52,332 nt of DNA, from contig DGIE01000061.1 in the NCBI GenBank assembly GCA_002393025.1, forward strand, positions 1 to 52,332. The letters run 5' to 3'. The DNA is from Holosporaceae bacterium UBA3830. Lineage in GTDB: Bacteria; Pseudomonadota; Alphaproteobacteria; UBA3830. The notes beneath the pieces were generated by a model. The model saw only the letters and a list, made by a program, of their open reading frames with translations. It was not told where the DNA came from and did not search any database. A program made the position numbers and the translations under genes. This document shows, in pieces, positions 50,592 through 52,332 of the stretch (position 1 is its first letter; the number at the start of each line of letters is the position of its first letter).

Positions 50592-52332
50592 TTGACAAGA
50601 CTGCTTGCGTTTTTGTTTAATTTTTACCGAAAAATCTTCGCGGTACTTTTTTCTCACAATCGTGTATTCAAATTTAAAGAATCGGGATATGTGTTAGTTC
50701 TTTTCCTGACGATACTTCCTATATTTTTGTTTGGGGCAAAAATGGTTTTAGATAAAATGACGGAAACCCATGTAAAAATTGAACAATCAAAAGGCACGGT
50801 AACTTATTTTAAGCGCTGTGCAAAGGAAGCAGCTCTCGCTGTGGCTAAGAACTGGAATCCAGGATTAAATTTGTCATACCAAAAGAATGCATTGATGAAA
50901 GTAGCGGATGCAGTATATAACGATAGTCCCTGCTATGTGATGAACAACTCAGGAACGACAGGAGTCATTGGTACAGCGATTGCTGGATTAGACGAAAAAA
51001 AGTCGGTTAACGTATCTCAGACAGGAAGTAAGTTCAATCCGATAAAAGCGACTTATAACGAAATAAAAACCTATTCTTCGATTATGGCAGAAAAAGAAAT
51101 CAAATACAGCAATGCGACAAAATATTTACTGAGATACTACAGAGGTTATTATACGAGCAATTACAATGGAGGTGGAGGAGTCTATGGAAATACCTACTTT
51201 AGGATGTGGAGAGAGATAGATTTAAATACAGCTCCGTCTTACAGGTATAGTTATTTTGATGAAATAGATGAGACAGAAAAGGCAAACCGCAATTACGTTT
51301 TAAAGCATCATGATATTTATGGGTTACCATGTATGGGACGCGTAGGTCACTTTACGAGCTATCCTTATTATCCTACTAATGGATATTTTTGGCCTGGATG
51401 TGACACTTATCATTCCACATGGATAATGACCATACCGAGTACGTCATCATCGGTCTCTCAATATTATCCGTGGAAATATCACAGTTCATCCAGTGCTGCA
51501 GGAAACATAAAAACAGCGACAACGACTTACAAATCGAGGACAACTCCGTCGGGAACGGACCCTGTGAATATAACGGTGGATGGCGACCGAATTAAAGTGA
51601 CAACAGACTCTGGCACAGGATACCAAGGCACCACTGGTTATGCGCAGCCTGCACAATTGAATGTTGATATAGTGTTGGCGATTCCAGTAAATGGAGCTGC
51701 ATGTAACACAAGCAACAACGATGCGGCGTCTGCGACAGCGGGAACACCGATGACCTCATCGGAATATGGTTCCCACACATATCCGACACAAACTACTCCG
51801 GCTTTTTCCTCTAACACAACAGGCACCCCTCTCTATCAAATGGGTCAAGCTTGCAAAAATTTTGTGAAAGACAATTTCTACCATATCAAAGGAGTAACGA
51901 TGGGCCTGATTCCATATTCCGCAAAGGTATCGATCAGTCCTGACAAGGCGAGCAGTTACACAATCGCGATACCGCCGTTTGTTGAATATACACCGTGGAC
52001 GAATCCGTATTATCCAACAGCAGTGATGTACGGAACGAGCGGAGAGAAAGACGCACCTCTGGTGCAGGGGTATAAAACTACGGCGATAGGTTCGGGACAA
52101 ACTCTTCCAACAACGAATACGCCATACTACTGGGGAGGAATGCTGACGGGATGCCCAATCATGTGCCGCCGAGGAAGTACGACAAGCTGGAAACCGGCAC
52201 GCAGTTGGCCTACGGAAATTTGCTTTCAAATGTCCAGCCGAGCAGCGGAGATCAATACCGCTACATGAGAATGAATCTCAATCCATGTTTGGCGGGATAC
52301 GCAAACCAATTATCGATGAAATGCGAGAGGAA
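50592..52332 (+). pseudogene. TadG-like MIDAS-less vWA protein, paralog of the giant ORF; frameshifted near 52176-52200 and running off the window
   Basis: TadG-type N-terminus SGYVLVLFLTILPIFLFGAKMVLD..AKEAALAVAKNWNPG. Shared blocks with ORF 1360 are VDIVLAIPVNGAACN (51666-51704), GVTMGLIPYSAKVSISP and GCPIMCRRG. After the stop at 52266-52268, homology continues in another frame: SSGDQYRYMRMNLNPCLAGYANQLSMKCER against giant SGDNYKFMQMNTNPCYLGFCNTLAMTCEKKC. Confidence 0.75.

Noticed and set aside
51592-52229. Three overlapping minus-strand ORFs (62-157 aa) antisense to the TadG-like paralog
   Set aside because: They lie exactly in the GC-rich segment, where random stops are rare. They overlap one another in different frames, and their Arg/Cys-rich sequences look like antisense translation artefacts.

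Overview
This is an AT-rich window. Hand counts on 60-nt blocks give low-to-mid 30s % GC in housekeeping genes; this needs computing. It looks like chromosome from an alphaproteobacterium with an intracellular, Rickettsiales/Holosporales-like lifestyle. That placement is inference from a class I LysRS, a short ProRS without an editing insertion, RpoH, TamAB, a Com1/DsbA-like protein, an ankyrin-repeat gene and long poly(A) tracts. About 80% of the window is ordinary, tightly packed housekeeping and envelope-biogenesis genes: tamA-tamB, GST, yebC, family-4 UDG, lysK, dsbD, yqgE, pyk, dsbA-like, der, dnaB, alr, pepP-like, yqaA-like, dnaE, lolD, lolC/E, proS, DUF167, rph, hemW, radC, obg, EamA, rpoH, bepA-like M48/TPR protease, SIMPL, an RND pump with its adaptor, and trpS. 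There are three tRNAs: Glu-CUC, Gly-UCC and Leu-CAA. I saw no rRNA, CRISPR array, transposase or integrase. The unusual content sits at the two ends, and each locus abuts a tRNA gene. (1) 1360..8247 is an intact 2295-aa ORF. Its N-terminus and extreme C-terminus together look like a TadG-type (Flp/Tad pilus-associated) vWA protein. All MIDAS metal-binding positions appear substituted, and the vWA fold is interrupted by a roughly 1650-residue insertion that includes a very Cys-rich module of about 450 aa. (2) 49597..>52332 holds a TadE-like pseudopilin with a canonical G/XXXXEF processing motif, followed by a paralogous TadG-like gene. This locus also carries a G8 tract separating the only good SD+ATG start from the long ORF by one nucleotide, a duplicated gene 3' end, a frameshift in the TadG paralog, and a GC-rich mosaic segment. 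No Tad ATPase, platform or secretin genes are in the window. In addition, tamB is split exactly at an A10 tract, where a -1 slip or a +1 A restores a single ORF, and the ankyrin gene at the left edge looks fragmented by two frameshifts. All homology statements come from motif recognition by eye. No database search was possible.
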